In this document: positions 52,921 through 64,000 of the stretch, in pieces
How the letters are laid out: the number at the start of each line of letters is the position of its first letter
How positions within the stretch are numbered: the stretch's first letter is position 1
NCBI GenBank assembly: GCA_013239625.1
Contig: MU056050.1
Span: 6,465,715 to 6,529,714 of the forward strand
DNA: 64,000 bases
Source of the DNA: Lama guanicoe
Lineage: Eukaryota
Direction: 5' to 3'
Made by a program: the position numbers and the translations under genes
Notes under the pieces: generated by a model
Databases searched by the model: none
Told to the model about the DNA's origin: nothing
What the model saw: only the letters and a program-made list of their open reading frames with translations

Positions 52921-55449
52921 CTATTGCCAGAAGGATAAGAGGTTTGAGGTTACATCCTCAGGATCTTGGGACATCCCCAGGGTGTTTTTCACAATGCTCA
53001 GAGCACCCTTGGATCTCTGACTTTCCTGCTGCCACAAGCTGCTCCAGGCCATGGTGCCACCTGCCCGTGCTCCCTTGGGCTGCCTTTGGTCATCGCCACC
53101 AAAATGCTCCTGGACCCGCCCCATGACCACTGCCAGTGGTGCCATTTCTGCGCCTCTCCTGCCAGCGTTCACCCTGCTGTCACTTCCCAAGGCAGCCAAG
53201 ATGTCCTGTGCGGCTCGGGCCCACTGGCTCTCACCTCGCTCTCAGGCCGTCCTCGGCTTCCACTCTTCCAGAGGGTCCCACAGGAGGACTACTTGTGGCC
53301 CTGGTGCTAGAGCTCCTGATGTGCTAGTCGTTTACATGCATTTTCTCAGTCACAACATGAAATGGGCTGTAATCCTGATGGGAACAGTGACTCACGACTT
53401 CTATTGTCACCAAGCGGGAGAAAATGCAAGTTGGGCAGGCACATTCTGAGGGAAGTTAGGCGGTCATGGGTGCCCAGAGTGGGCAGACCTAGGTCAGAAG
53501 GCAGGGTGGCAAGCCTAAGGTGGGATCGGGGTGCCAAAAAAGAGGCGTGGACAAGGGGGACCCTGAAGAACAACTTCTCCAATTTCAGAATTTGGCTTTT
53601 TGGCTGGCCTTGCAGAAATGGGCTGCCTGTGCAAGGCTCCAGTGAGCTCTGGTTCTTCCAAACGACGTTGATACAAGAACTCTTGGCCATTCACCCTACC
53701 TGAGGCCATTCACTGAATCACTCCTTCCCACGTCAGGTGTGTTGCCAACCTGGGTTCAAGTCCCCCAGACTGATGAGTAAAGACATTGGTTTCGAGATAA
53801 GGGAGCAGTTGGGCATTAAGGGAGGTGAGATCATTATCACCACCAGGACAGGGACCCGGGGACAGAACCAGAGGGCTGAGTCCTGTGTACAGCCTCGGTC
53901 GTCTCTGAGACCATCCCCGGGCAGAGTCCAGCAGATGGGGGAGGGACGTCTGCTCAGGTTATTTTTTCCAGGGTTGACACTTCAGCCTAGCTGATCTTTG
54001 CTAAAACATTAACTGCCATTTCAGCAGTGTTGAATGCCAGGGGCAGAATGAACCAGGTACTGATGAGAATGGCTTGCGTTCTAGTTATATATTTGACAAA
54101 CACTTATACAGCATTTACTCCTGATGGCCAACACATTCTGAGAGCGTCAGAAACATTAATCCATTTGATCCCTATCCCACTCTTAAAAAGTCAATACACT
54201 TTCTGACCCATTTCCCAGCCGAGGCAACTGTGGGCTCAGACAAGTAACATTTGCCCAAGAACATGCAGCTGGCAGGGGGCAAAGCTGGGACTGAAGCCCT
54301 GGCAGTCTGGCTCCTAGGTCACTGGTCAAGGCAGGACTGTCTGTCCTCGAAGGCTGCCTTTGGGGTCCCTTCCCTGTGTGATCCCATCGAGTCTACCTGC
54401 TTGCCATTTGGGGTGGCTAATACAGGGCCTGGGGCAGGGAAAGGCCTTTGAGGGGGCATTTCCCCGGTCCTGTGGCCTCTGGGGATCACTTCACTCCCAG
54501 CTGTGGAATGGGGCGGGCGGTAGGGGAACAAGGAACAGACTGCGGGAGGCTCAGCGGTCCTAGAACCACACGGGGTCTCCCAGGCCTTGTCCCCAGTCTG
54601 TCCTCTGAGGCTGAGGCTTATTCCTGAAGGTCAAGTTCCCTGAACCTCCTCACTCATTTAGACTCCTTTCCTTCAGAGAGTCCCACAAAGGCCCCCTTTC
54701 CCTCTTCGAAATGATTTATTTTATATTTGGATGGATAATTTGAAAGCTGCCTTAGACTTATAGATATGAGCAGAGTACAAATACATTAAAAATAAGATCA
54801 AAAGGAATGGGAAGTTTGCCTCTGGGGCCCTCCAGGCTAGGTTGAGCCTGGGTCTGTCCACTGGGTCTGTTTGTCTCTTGAAGTATCCCTTTCCGGTGAA
54901 GGGGTCTAGAAAGCATTTACCAGGAGCTGCTTTGGTGCTGGTGCCTCAAGCTGCCCTCTGCTGCTGTTGATGGAGACAGGGATGGCCTCAGTTTCCTCAC
55001 TTCCCCTGTCAGGAGTCATGCTGGTTGAGAGTCACCAACACCGAGGGGGAACAAAGACCTGTTCTAGAAGCCATGGCAGAAAGGGCATGTCCAGTTAACC
55101 AGATTTGTCTTCTGAGAGCCCCCAAACTCCCCTCCCCTTTCTGGGTCTTCTTCCCTCTTCCGTGTCATCCCCTGGTCCCTCCAAGTAGGCCTTTGGGCCT
55201 TTGTTCCTTCAGGTGTGAATGGCACGAGCAGCGGAATGAAACATCACCGTCCCCACCATCCCCGGAGAAGGGCAGGCGTCCTTTCTGCTAGGGGCTGCTG
55301 GCGCTTTACAGAGGGGACTCTCCTAAGGGGACTCAGGCTCAGTTCAAGAAAGTCACTCTCCAGCTGGAACTAACTTCCCTGAGGGTGCAGTGGGGCTTCA
55401 CAGGCACTGAGGACAGAGGACGCTGGTTTTTCCTGAGACAGGCCAGCTT

Positions 55450-55933
55450 GAAGAGGGAGGAGGGATAAACATCTATCTCTAAGCAAAAGTGGGGCTGGAG
55501 CCAGAGCCCTGGGTAGGGGAGCTAATGGGAAACAGCTTGTGGAGGGAGGAGGACAGAATTCGGGAATGGCCGGGGCTGGCTGCTAACGAGGGGGCTGGGA
55601 GAAGCAGGCTGATTGGGACCAGCTGCTGATCTGCTGTCTTGGAGATCTTTGGACTCTGCCCGGGGCGGGCTCACACCCTATTCCGGGTGCCTGAGAGCCA
55701 GCAGAGGCTGCCTGGGGCAGTCTTTCTCCACCCAGCCTGACTCCTGGAACCCTCAGAAACGAAAGACCAGAGGAGGACTCTCTATCCACCAGCTGGACGT
55801 CTCCTCCCCACCACCAGCCCCCACCCCCTGGCTGCTCCTGACCCAGAAAGGCCTGGAGGAAGAGGCCAGGGAAACCGCCCTGCCCACTCTCCCCTGACCC
55901 TCCATCCACCCAGCACCGGCAACTGAAGACCCC
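55450..55933 (+). promoter_or_regulatory. XPNPEP2: XPNPEP2 proximal promoter / 5' UTR (TSS not determined)
   Basis: Lies directly upstream of the ATG. Contains a GC box GGGGCGGG (55662-55669), a DR1/HNF4-like AGTCCAAAGATCT on the minus strand (55643-55655) and GATAAACA near 55464. No clear TATA box. Confidence 0.55.
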
Positions 55934-55982
55934 ATGGCCCGGGCTCTCTGGGGCTGCTCCCCCTGGCTTGTCCTCCTCTGTG
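55934..55982 (+). CDS. XPNPEP2: XPNPEP2 coding exon 1 (49 nt, signal peptide MARALWGCSPWLVLLC)
   Basis: ATG in context cccATGG; donor TG|gtatgt; phase 1. Confidence 0.95.
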
Positions 55983-58900
55983 GTATGTGCATCCCCGTCT
56001 CTCTCTCTCCCACGCTGTGAGGGCAGGTCCAGCTGGAGAGCAGCTCCAGCCTCTCCGCTGTGGGCTCAGAAAGGGTTGGAGTGAAGGCTGGGCCCAGGAT
56101 GTCTCTTTTTCTCTTGGTCCTCCTGTCTTGAGGAAGGGGAGCCCCAGGGCCAGCTCAGCTCAAGTATGGTTTGGTCCCTTTCTATTCCTACCTGTTAAAG
56201 AGAAAATGATTCTACCATTTGTTAAAAGAGTAAGGAAGACTTTATCCAAGACTATTGCAATAGGGGCACTACAATAGGGACGAAAGATCAGGCTCAACTC
56301 CTAACACAGCAAAGATTGCTGAAGGCTTCTTGTCAATGAGCAGAGTGAGGGAGTTGATGGATGGCAAATTACCAAGAGAAGACATCAAGGGCAGGGGGGT
56401 TCTTGCTGAAGGCAAGCTAGGGTGATCAGATATCAAGGATGGGAGATGAGGAATTTGATCAGATAACAAGGTTTATGAGATACTAAGGGTGGAGAATTCT
56501 CTCCAAACTGACTTAGCAGGATTCCTGCTAAGACTGGGCAATGCAGGCCCAGCAAGGACAGGATGGACATGGAAGTCAAGGCCTAGTCAAGGAGAGGGCT
56601 TGGGGGAGACTAACTAAAGTTTGGTCCTTATCACCCCTGTGATGTCCTGTTTGTCCTCTTTGATCACAGCTAAGTGTCCAGCTCAGCATCCTCCATGCCC
56701 ACTCCAATCTGGCCTTAGGGAGGCCTCCCTTCCCTTTGCTCTGGGGCAGTAGGACCCCGCTCATTCATTCAGTACCCAGTTGCTGAGCGCCTCCCCAGTG
56801 CCAAGCCCTGTGCCAGGGACCACAGAGTGGTTCGACTCTCACCTTTGGGAGCCACAGCCCTGGCCTCAGAATTAGCAGTTGGAGTGTCCAGAGAGACATG
56901 GGTTGGCTGCATCTTCCTTCTTGTGTTGGTGTCTTAGTGCCACAATTTTGCCAGAGATCCACTCCTATAGAAATGAGTGTTCATTTTCTTGAGTCAACAG
57001 AGTGAGTGTCATCTCCCCCTAGAGTTGATGAGACTGAGACAGACAGGTAGGGTATTCATGGTGTTAGAACCCAGCTGTGTTCCTTCCATCTGTAGCTAGA
57101 TTCACTCAGAAATTAAAAGTATAGTGTCTCGGCAAACTCTGACCTCCATTACCCTCTGGGGAGAGCCCCACTAGAATGTGGGGGGCCAGAGCGAAGGCCT
57201 GTCAGAGACCATTGGACTTTCAGGGTGTGAAGGCCCAGAGCCTACAGGACTTAGCCCAGAGCTGACACTCAGCAGTACCTAAGAAATGTTTGCTCGACGA
57301 ATATTGGGTGATTCTCTTTGGGACACACCAAATTTGAGGCAGAGCCTTAGTTGGAAAGTCTCTACACATTCTGTCCCTGCTGTGGCACCACCCTTCCAAG
57401 ATTGGCTTTTTTGTACTCAGATGACTCAGGGGCAAATCCCTGCCCTAACATGGACTCACTGTGGCAAAACTTGGTGAGTTACCAAACGTAGCTGGGCCTC
57501 GGCTTCCTCCTCTATAGAAAGTAGACAATAATACCCACCTCACCGGGTTGTTGCAGGTGTCAAATGAGACACTAGAGCTCAGTCCCTGAGTTCAGTGTCT
57601 GGCACATAGTAGGAGCTCTTTAAATGCTAACCCACCTTTCCCCACCAGGGGACGATGTCAGCCTGGGATTGCCTGTCTTAGGCAGAGATTGGGACTGTAA
57701 GAAATGGTACAAGTGGGCCTTGAATTTAAGTAAACCCAATATATACTTAATTAGATTTATAGAAGGGTAAAACAAAGGTGGGGTGATTATTTAGCGAGAT
57801 CCTCTAGAGCATTTAAGAGAAAATCTGATTACAAAAATTTAATTTACACACAACTTTTCCAGTTTGGTATACCCTGAAAAGACCCAATTAGATTAGAAGG
57901 AAAAAATTGATTTAATGAACACTAAAACCCATCCAAAAGTGGCAATCACTTGTCGATGAAACAGGTTTCTTTGATTGTGACCCAGGGTGCCATCCAATTC
58001 AGCCTGATTTCCTATGAAATGTGATTATTTTTATCCTCAAGTAGAGTTGGACAGCATCTCGTGCTTCAAAGGATGGAGGCCCTGCGGGGTGGTTGGGGAC
58101 ACGTCTCCCTGCTCTCTAGGAGCTATTTGGTCTTTAAGTGACCCTGGGTTTTTCTCTGGTTTCTAGCTTGTGCCTGGGGCCACCCAAAGCCACTGGACCA
58201 GAGAGAGGATGTGAGAAACTGTTCAATCAGCCCTCCGGTGAGGCCCTGCCTCCGCCCTGCCCAGCCCCACCCCCCTCCCTACCCCATTGCTCCCACCTTC
58301 CTCTCCATCACCCATGCACTCGGCTGCTAACCTCTGCCTCTACCAGCCTTCCTCCTGATTTCCGGACTCTGGGGCCACTGTTTCTGATTAACCTCCCTCA
58401 GGACGGGCAGCACATTCTCAGGTGTCTGACATCCGCCCCCATCCCNNNNNNNNNNNNNNNNNNNNNNNNNNNNNNNNCCAACCCCCCAACCCCTGCCCCG
58501 GCCTGGGGCTGGGCAGCTGGCCTGAAGGCAGGAGGCCCCTCGCTGGCCTTTAGCTGAAGCTGGGCAGAGACCAGGAGGAGGATGGAAGGAAAGCAAACAA
58601 AAATTCTAGAGGAACAGGGAAGAGGGAGGCACTGAAGGGAAGAGGGTGGAAGACAGAGGGCTAGAAGAGCCAGCTGAAGGTCAAGAGAGGGAGGCCTGGC
58701 ATGTGAAGATTGGGAGAAGACCTGGCATATCGAAACGGGAAGCTCGCCGGCTCCCTAGCTGGAGACCAGAGTGATTCTTTCCACAACCAGCTTTGAGTGC
58801 AGAAGAGCTTCCCTGGGCCGGAGCAGGTCAGAAGGTGGGAGCTCGGGGGCCTGCCAGCAGGTCAGTAAAGTCTCAGGACAAATGGGATACACCTACCTGT

Positions 58901-59668
58901 GTTATCAACTTTATGAGACCACTGGGGCAGGCAGGTAGGTGGGCAAAGCACCTGACTTTTCTATGAAAACTAACCTGGATCTATCATTGAGTAGAAGGCA
59001 GAACAAAACAAAAACTCCATGCTTTTTAAGATAAAATCATCTTTAACAAAATGTCTGGCTTAGAGAGGAACTTTCTGGACAATGTCCCAAATTGCTGGGG
59101 GTACTCATTCACTCTTCTCGGCCACTTGGGACCAATGAGTGGAAACTTGAAACAAGTCCCCAAGGTAGGGCTGCCAGATGACCTACAGGGCGTCCAGTTA
59201 CATCTAAATTTCAGAGAATGGATAGTTTTAGTATAAGTATGACCCAAGTAGTGCATGGGACATACTTACACTAAAACATTATTCATTGTTTACCTGGAAT
59301 TCTGATGTGACTGGCTGGGAACCCTGTATTTTGAGTTGCTAAATTGGCAACTCTACCTCAAGGTATCCAAAGAAGGCCCATCCCTTGGCCTGGCCCAGCA
59401 CCAGGGCTCAGACCCCGCAGTTCTCGCCCACCTCTGACTCCAGACTCAGACTCAGGTCCCATTACTGTCGCAAAAAGTCCCTCTCCAAGCTCTTAAACAC
59501 CTCCGTCTCCACTCAGCCCAGACACCTTAATCTAGACTAACCCATGACATCAGCTGCTGCCCCATCCCTCTCCGGGCTGATCCAGCCTACCCACCCCCAA
59601 CCCCTGCCTAAGGAGAGGCTGGTGGCTCCTCTGGAGGCTGGGGGCCCTGGTATCATTTTCTCTAAGCA

Positions 59669-59717
<49 letters not shown>

Positions 59718-62700
59718 TTGGTGTCTTCCTGTCACCTGTCAGTACCTTCCAGTTACTGCGGTCAATACCACAGCACAGCTCACAGCCCTGCGCCAGCAGA
59801 TGCATACACAGAATCTCTCTGCATACATCATCCCTGATACGGATGCCCACATGGTAAGGGACAGCTCCTCCCCGCGCCACCCAGCCCTCCCCCCTGCTAC
59901 CCAGGTTGACCTAAGAGAACAGACTACAAACAGGATGCTGTTAAGACAGAAGATGGAAGACAGAGGAAGGATTTGACAGGCAAAGGGAAGTAAGTAGGAA
60001 GCTTGGACACGAGTGTTTCAGGGCAACTGAGAGAATGTATCCCTTTACATAGGAGAGCAGACATGGCCAATTCTCCTTGACCTCAGGCAATGAAACTATA
60101 AACAACCTCAGAATGATTTTGATCAATTCCTAGATGGCAGATCAGAATGAATGTTTAGGACACCCCTGCCCTAGGAGGTTGGAATGTGGGCTGAGAATTG
60201 AATTAGAAGGACCCTGAGCTTCCTTCTGGCTCAACCCTTCCCATCACCTGGTGGATGGAGCGCTGAAATTATCCAGAGTCCAAGACTCCATGAGTTTGGG
60301 GTGTAGGCTGGTAGTAGGGGGTGCTGACAAGAAAGAAGGTGGTCTGAACCAGAACTACTGTTCCCAAAGCAGCACCTCTGCCCACCCATCCCACCCATCC
60401 CACCCTTTTCCATCCTAGCTCCACCTCCACCCCACCCACCTTCACAATACCAGCCCAGTTGGAAGAGAAGGCATTTTCAATGTCAAGCAGATTACTTGAA
60501 TTAGTTTTCCCACCTGCTGAAAAGGCCTGAGAAGCTTGGGTAAGTGCCTGAACTTCTCTGAGCCTCAGTTTCCTCTACTGCAAAATGCAAATAATGAGAT
60601 CTATCTTCAAGGATTATGAGAACCAAAATACAATAATGTGTAGAGCTCTCTGCAGAAGGTATTTATGATGTACCCATTATATTGTGCTAGACTGGGGGCG
60701 GAGGTGGACAACTGGAGGGGAGAACCCAAAGGAATCAAAAGACATGATCCCAGACTGCACAGAATTTGCATCCTGGCCAGGGAGACAAGACTTCTTTGCA
60801 GAAAAGTCCAGTGCTGGACTATGGGGTTTAGACGCCAAGAAAAACAGTTTTTCAAAGGAAGGGAAGATCCTGAGAGTTGGGAGAGTTCCAGGGAGCTTCC
60901 CGGAAGAAGTGCCCAGTGTGCTTGGGCTTGTAGGACTGGTTGAACCTGACTAGACAGAAAGAACTGGGATGTGGTTGGGGGGCCTTCCATGAGGGGTGTA
61001 ACTCCATAAAGAAGGCTAACGATGGTGTTGTTGATTTCCTAGAGCGAGTATATCAGCAAATGTGACCAGAGGCGTGCGTGGATGACGGGCTTCACAGGGT
61101 CTGCAGGTGACAGCCATTACCCGGCCCCCACTGCTTCTGTTGGAAGACCCAGAGTGGTCATAGAAGCCCTGGTGTGGCTAGTTCTCAGCAGCCAGGACCT
61201 AGTGTCCAGAGGCCCCTACTGTTCCATCTGCCTCCCCTCCACCACTCCAAAAAGGGTCACCATGGCCCACGGCTCATAGCCCACCAGCCACACTTCTGCA
61301 TGAGGCAGATGCCCCCTGACTTCTTTTCCATGCTTGCGGCCTCTGCACAGCCAGGCCCAGCCTGGGCTCCATTTCTGGGGCAGTTACTACCTCTCTATCT
61401 AGCCACTAGGAGCCCACTGATCCCCTTCACACAATGGCACTTTTGGGGACAAAGTTTTGCTTTGCTGGTCCTTTTATAGACAACATCACCTCACATGGCC
61501 AAATGAGATACAAACATAGAGGTCCTTTATGGGGTCCCAGTTGCAGAAGGGGCCTCCTACCCTGATCCTGGCCCCTTGGATGAAAACTAAGCATTACTTG
61601 CTGATCCTTAAACATCCCTCCCCTGGGCTTCAGGCTGCCTTGCTTGCCTGTCACAAGCCATTCTCTTTGCTAAAGCCACTGGGTTTGGCTTCCCTGCCTG
61701 TCCTCAGTTAAGCCCTCTGCATAGTGTCCCCATCAGCCACTGCATCTTGATACTGACTGCCACACCTTCTTTCCTGAGAGCACCTAGACATAGCATGGGC
61801 TTTTTTTGGATTGCCAAAAGCAGACCCCACTCGTCCTGCTAAATGCATCCTTAGGAGAGGCCCTCGACGCAAAGCAGTCATGCCCAACCCAGGACACCCT
61901 TCCAGCTAGCTTCCCCCAACACTCTCTTTAACATCTCTTGCCTCACTCCTTTCCAACGGAGGAGAGAAACTCTTTCTAGAGGCCCCTTGTGACATTCTCA
62001 GAGCCAGCACTGCAACATACAGTCGCTAAATAAAGCCACCCTTTAGGGGGAACCTTCCCCCTCCCCTCCAAGTTTCTCTGCTCTGCCCCAGGAATTGCGG
62101 TAGTGACCATGGGGAAAGCAGCTCTCTGGACCGACAGCCGCTACTGGACCCAGGCTGAGCGGCAGATGGACTGCAATTGGGAGCTCCATAAGGAAGGTAA
62201 AGCGATGGCTTGGATTTGTTCCCCAAGCCCTGGAACTGGACTGGGTTCAGGAAGGTAGAGGTGAGGGGGTACCTGCAAGGCTGTGCTGGGCCCCTGGAGA
62301 AAGCTCAGGAAATTTGAAGCCATCCCTAAACTTTGCAGATGATATCAAGGAGGACAGACATAGCAGAACTGTCACAGACAGAAGCCCGGCTGGGGGGCCT
62401 GGGGTTGGCCCTGGAGATGACCTCAATGTCTCTTCCTGTCTTTCTCTCAGTTGGCACCACTCCCATTGTCACCTGGCTCCTCGCTGAGATTCCTGTTGGA
62501 GGGCATGTAGGCTTCGATCCCTTCCTCTTTTCCATCGGTATGTTCTTCCCTCATCCCTGGGCTTGTCCACACCAGCTCGGGTGACTCAGCCCCCCGGGGA
62601 AGTAAAGAAGCACACCTTGGTAGACGGAAGCAGGGTGACTCAAAGATCGAATATTTGAACTTGTGGTTGCAGAATATTTTGCAACAAAGATGTATTCCTG

Positions 62701-63575
62701 GATTGCATCTTGAAAATATATTTAAAAGAATAAATACAGATTTTTTTTTAAAGTCAGGAATGCAGAGACCCAACCCAGAAGACTCAGGGAATCATTAAGA
62801 CCTAGCAGACGAGTAGGCCAGGATGTTCTTAAACCCAGAGCCAACCTCTGTGCTCTGGAATTCTACCAATTAGGGCACTAGGATCTTCTGGAAAGAGCTT
62901 GGAAGGGTCAAAGGAGTCAAGAGGGCTTCTGGGTAAAGCAGCACCGTCCCCTCCAACTCCAGGAACACAGTGCCCTGAGCTCTGATGCCCCAGTTAGCTG
63001 GCCAATCTGCCCCCAGGGGTGACGTGCTCATGAATAGATCCTGAAAGGCTCCCGCTTCAGAACTGACTTCTTTGCCAGCCTTTCCAGTGGCCTGAGTCTC
63101 CCATTCCTTTGGGCTGTGGCACTGAAGCTCAGTTAAATGGACAGTGTCAGAAGGAGGGCCCCACAGTTATCAGCACTTAAAAAGACGAGCTTAGACAACT
63201 GGTGATGGACAGCATTGGGTGGGCTCAGGGCAGTTAGGCTTTGAAAGCTGAAAGAGGAAGGTGAGAGGACACAGCCCAGGAGGGCCAGTCTGCTAGGACT
63301 GGCCCTGGCAGCTGGGCTGCAGGTGCAGAATGGGAGGCCAAGGGGACAAGAACTCACTTTGCCTTGGTCACAATTTTTTCTGAGGTATGAACAGGCAGGG
63401 GACAAGTGATTCCTTCCTGTCTCTGCAGACTCCTGGGAGAGTTATGACGCAGCCCTCCGAGAGTCTGACAGAGAGCTGGTGTCCATCACCATCAACCTTG
63501 TGGACCTGGTGTGGGGGTCAGAGAGGCCCGCAGTGCCAAGCGAGCCCGTTTATGCCCTGCAGGAGGCATTCACAG
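55934..63575 (+). CDS. XPNPEP2: XPNPEP2 (X-prolyl aminopeptidase 2, membrane-bound aminopeptidase P), coding exons 1-7; gene continues beyond the window
   Basis: Seven GT-AG exons splice in frame to MARALWGCSPWLVLLCACAWGHPKPLDQREDVRNCSISPPYLPVTAVNTTAQLTALRQQMHTQNLSAYIIPDTDAHMSEYISKCDQRRAWMTGFTGSAGIAVVTMGKAALWTDSRYWTQAERQMDCNWELHKEVGTTPIVTWLLAEIPVGGHVGFDPFLFSIDSWESYDAALRESDRELVSITINLVDLVWGSERPAVPSEPVYALQEAFT. This matches the recalled N-terminus of mammalian aminopeptidase P2. Confidence 0.97.
56193..56633 (-). mobile_element. Solo ERV1-type LTR (MER31-like) in XPNPEP2 intron 1
   Basis: TG...CA termini; aaactgacttagcaggattcctgctaagactggg and ctaaagtttggtc match the recalled MER31 consensus in reverse complement. 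Confidence 0.7.
58167..58237 (+). CDS. XPNPEP2: XPNPEP2 exon 2 (71 nt, ACAWGHPKPLDQREDVRNCSISPP)
   Basis: Acceptor ggtttctag|CT; donor CCG|gtgagg; frame continues from exon 1. Confidence 0.95.
58446..58477. other. Assembly gap (32 N) in a C-rich tract of intron 2
   Basis: Run of N. Confidence 1.
59166..59355. mobile_element. MER53-like palindromic hAT MITE in intron 2
   Basis: TIRs tagggctgcca / tggcaactcta; 8-bp TSD ccccaagg / cctcaagg; internal inverted repeat. Confidence 0.8.
59671..59716. repeat. (GT)23 microsatellite 26 nt upstream of XPNPEP2 exon 3
   Basis: Seen directly in the sequence. Confidence 0.97.
59743..59853 (+). CDS. XPNPEP2: XPNPEP2 exon 3 (111 nt, YLPVTAVNTT...IIPDTDAHM)
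   Basis: Acceptor cctgtcag|TAC; donor ATG|gtaagg; phase 0-0. Confidence 0.96.
61043..61106 (+). CDS. XPNPEP2: XPNPEP2 exon 4 (64 nt, SEYISKCDQRRAWMTGFTGSA)
   Basis: Acceptor atttcctag|AGC; donor CAG|gtgaca; aminopeptidase P motif SEY...RRAW.TGFTGSAG. Confidence 0.96.
62092..62196 (+). CDS. XPNPEP2: XPNPEP2 exon 5 (105 nt, GIAVVTMGKAALWTDSRYWTQAERQMDCNWELHKE)
   Basis: Acceptor ctgccccag|GA; donor AAG|gtaaag; WTDSRY..QA motif. Confidence 0.97.
62451..62537 (+). CDS. XPNPEP2: XPNPEP2 exon 6 (87 nt, VGTTPIVTWLLAEIPVGGHVGFDPFLFSI)
   Basis: Acceptor tttctctcag|TT; donor TCG|gtatgt. Confidence 0.96.
63429..63575 (+). CDS. XPNPEP2: XPNPEP2 exon 7 (147 nt, DSWESYDAALRE...NLVDLVWGSERP...ALQEAFT)
   Basis: Acceptor tctctgcag|AC; donor CAG|gtgatt; NLVD.VW..RP motif. 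Confidence 0.96.
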
Positions 63576-64000
63576 GTGATTTCCCAAGTTGGAGCCACAC
63601 GGGGTCCCCGCTGCTGCTCCTCTGGCCGAAAAATTCATCCTAACAGGTCCCAAAGCAATGGTTCTCAAAACTTCTCAAAACTTCACGTGCACCTGAATAG
63701 CTTGGGATGCTTGTTTAAAATATAGGTTTCTAGGCCCCCTCCCCTCAAAGAGTTTGAATCAGAAGTTCCTCAGACCATATTTAGAAATTGCTGGAATAAA
63801 GAGTGTCAGGATTGGAAGTGAGATGGAACAGGAAGGGAGGAAACAAGGGAGTCAGAGAAAGATGGGGGAAAAAAAACTTACCCCTTCAAAGAAAGAGAGA
63901 TTAAAAAAAAAAAAACATGAGTTGTAGTAGTGAAGACTGATTTGTACTGAATCATTCAGACCTTGACCTCTGGCCCTCCTGTGATGAGGAATTTAGATGT

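Noticed and set aside
52990..53300. GC-rich stretch that might be a decayed retrocopy 5' end
   Set aside because: No recognisable peptide, poly-A tail or TSD; would need a BLAST search.
1..64000. CRISPR arrays, operons or other prokaryotic systems
   Set aside because: The sequence is mammalian, with spliceosomal introns and LINE/SINE content; no repeat-spacer array seen.

Overview
Mammalian (eutherian) genomic DNA. It is probably from a camelid, judging by the tRNA-derived SINEs of Vic-1 type, and probably X-linked, because XPNPEP2 is. The first ~55 kb are repeat-rich intergenic sequence: old L1/L2/MIR fragments, MLT and MER elements, young lineage-specific L1 3' ends with target-site duplications (TSDs), three SINEs and one CpG island. 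The last ~8 kb hold the promoter and coding exons 1-7 of XPNPEP2 (membrane aminopeptidase P) on the + strand; the gene continues past the window end. The most unusual observation is a young, TSD-flanked L1 insertion (22577-23058). Its first ~137 nt carry 22 A-to-G changes relative to a sister copy in the window, which is what an ADAR-hyperedited RNA copied back into the germline would look like. Also present are a full-length U6/L1 chimeric retrocopy, up to three short L1 3' transductions, and one endonuclease site used twice (L1, then SINE). Repeat family names come from recalled consensus sequences, not from a database search.
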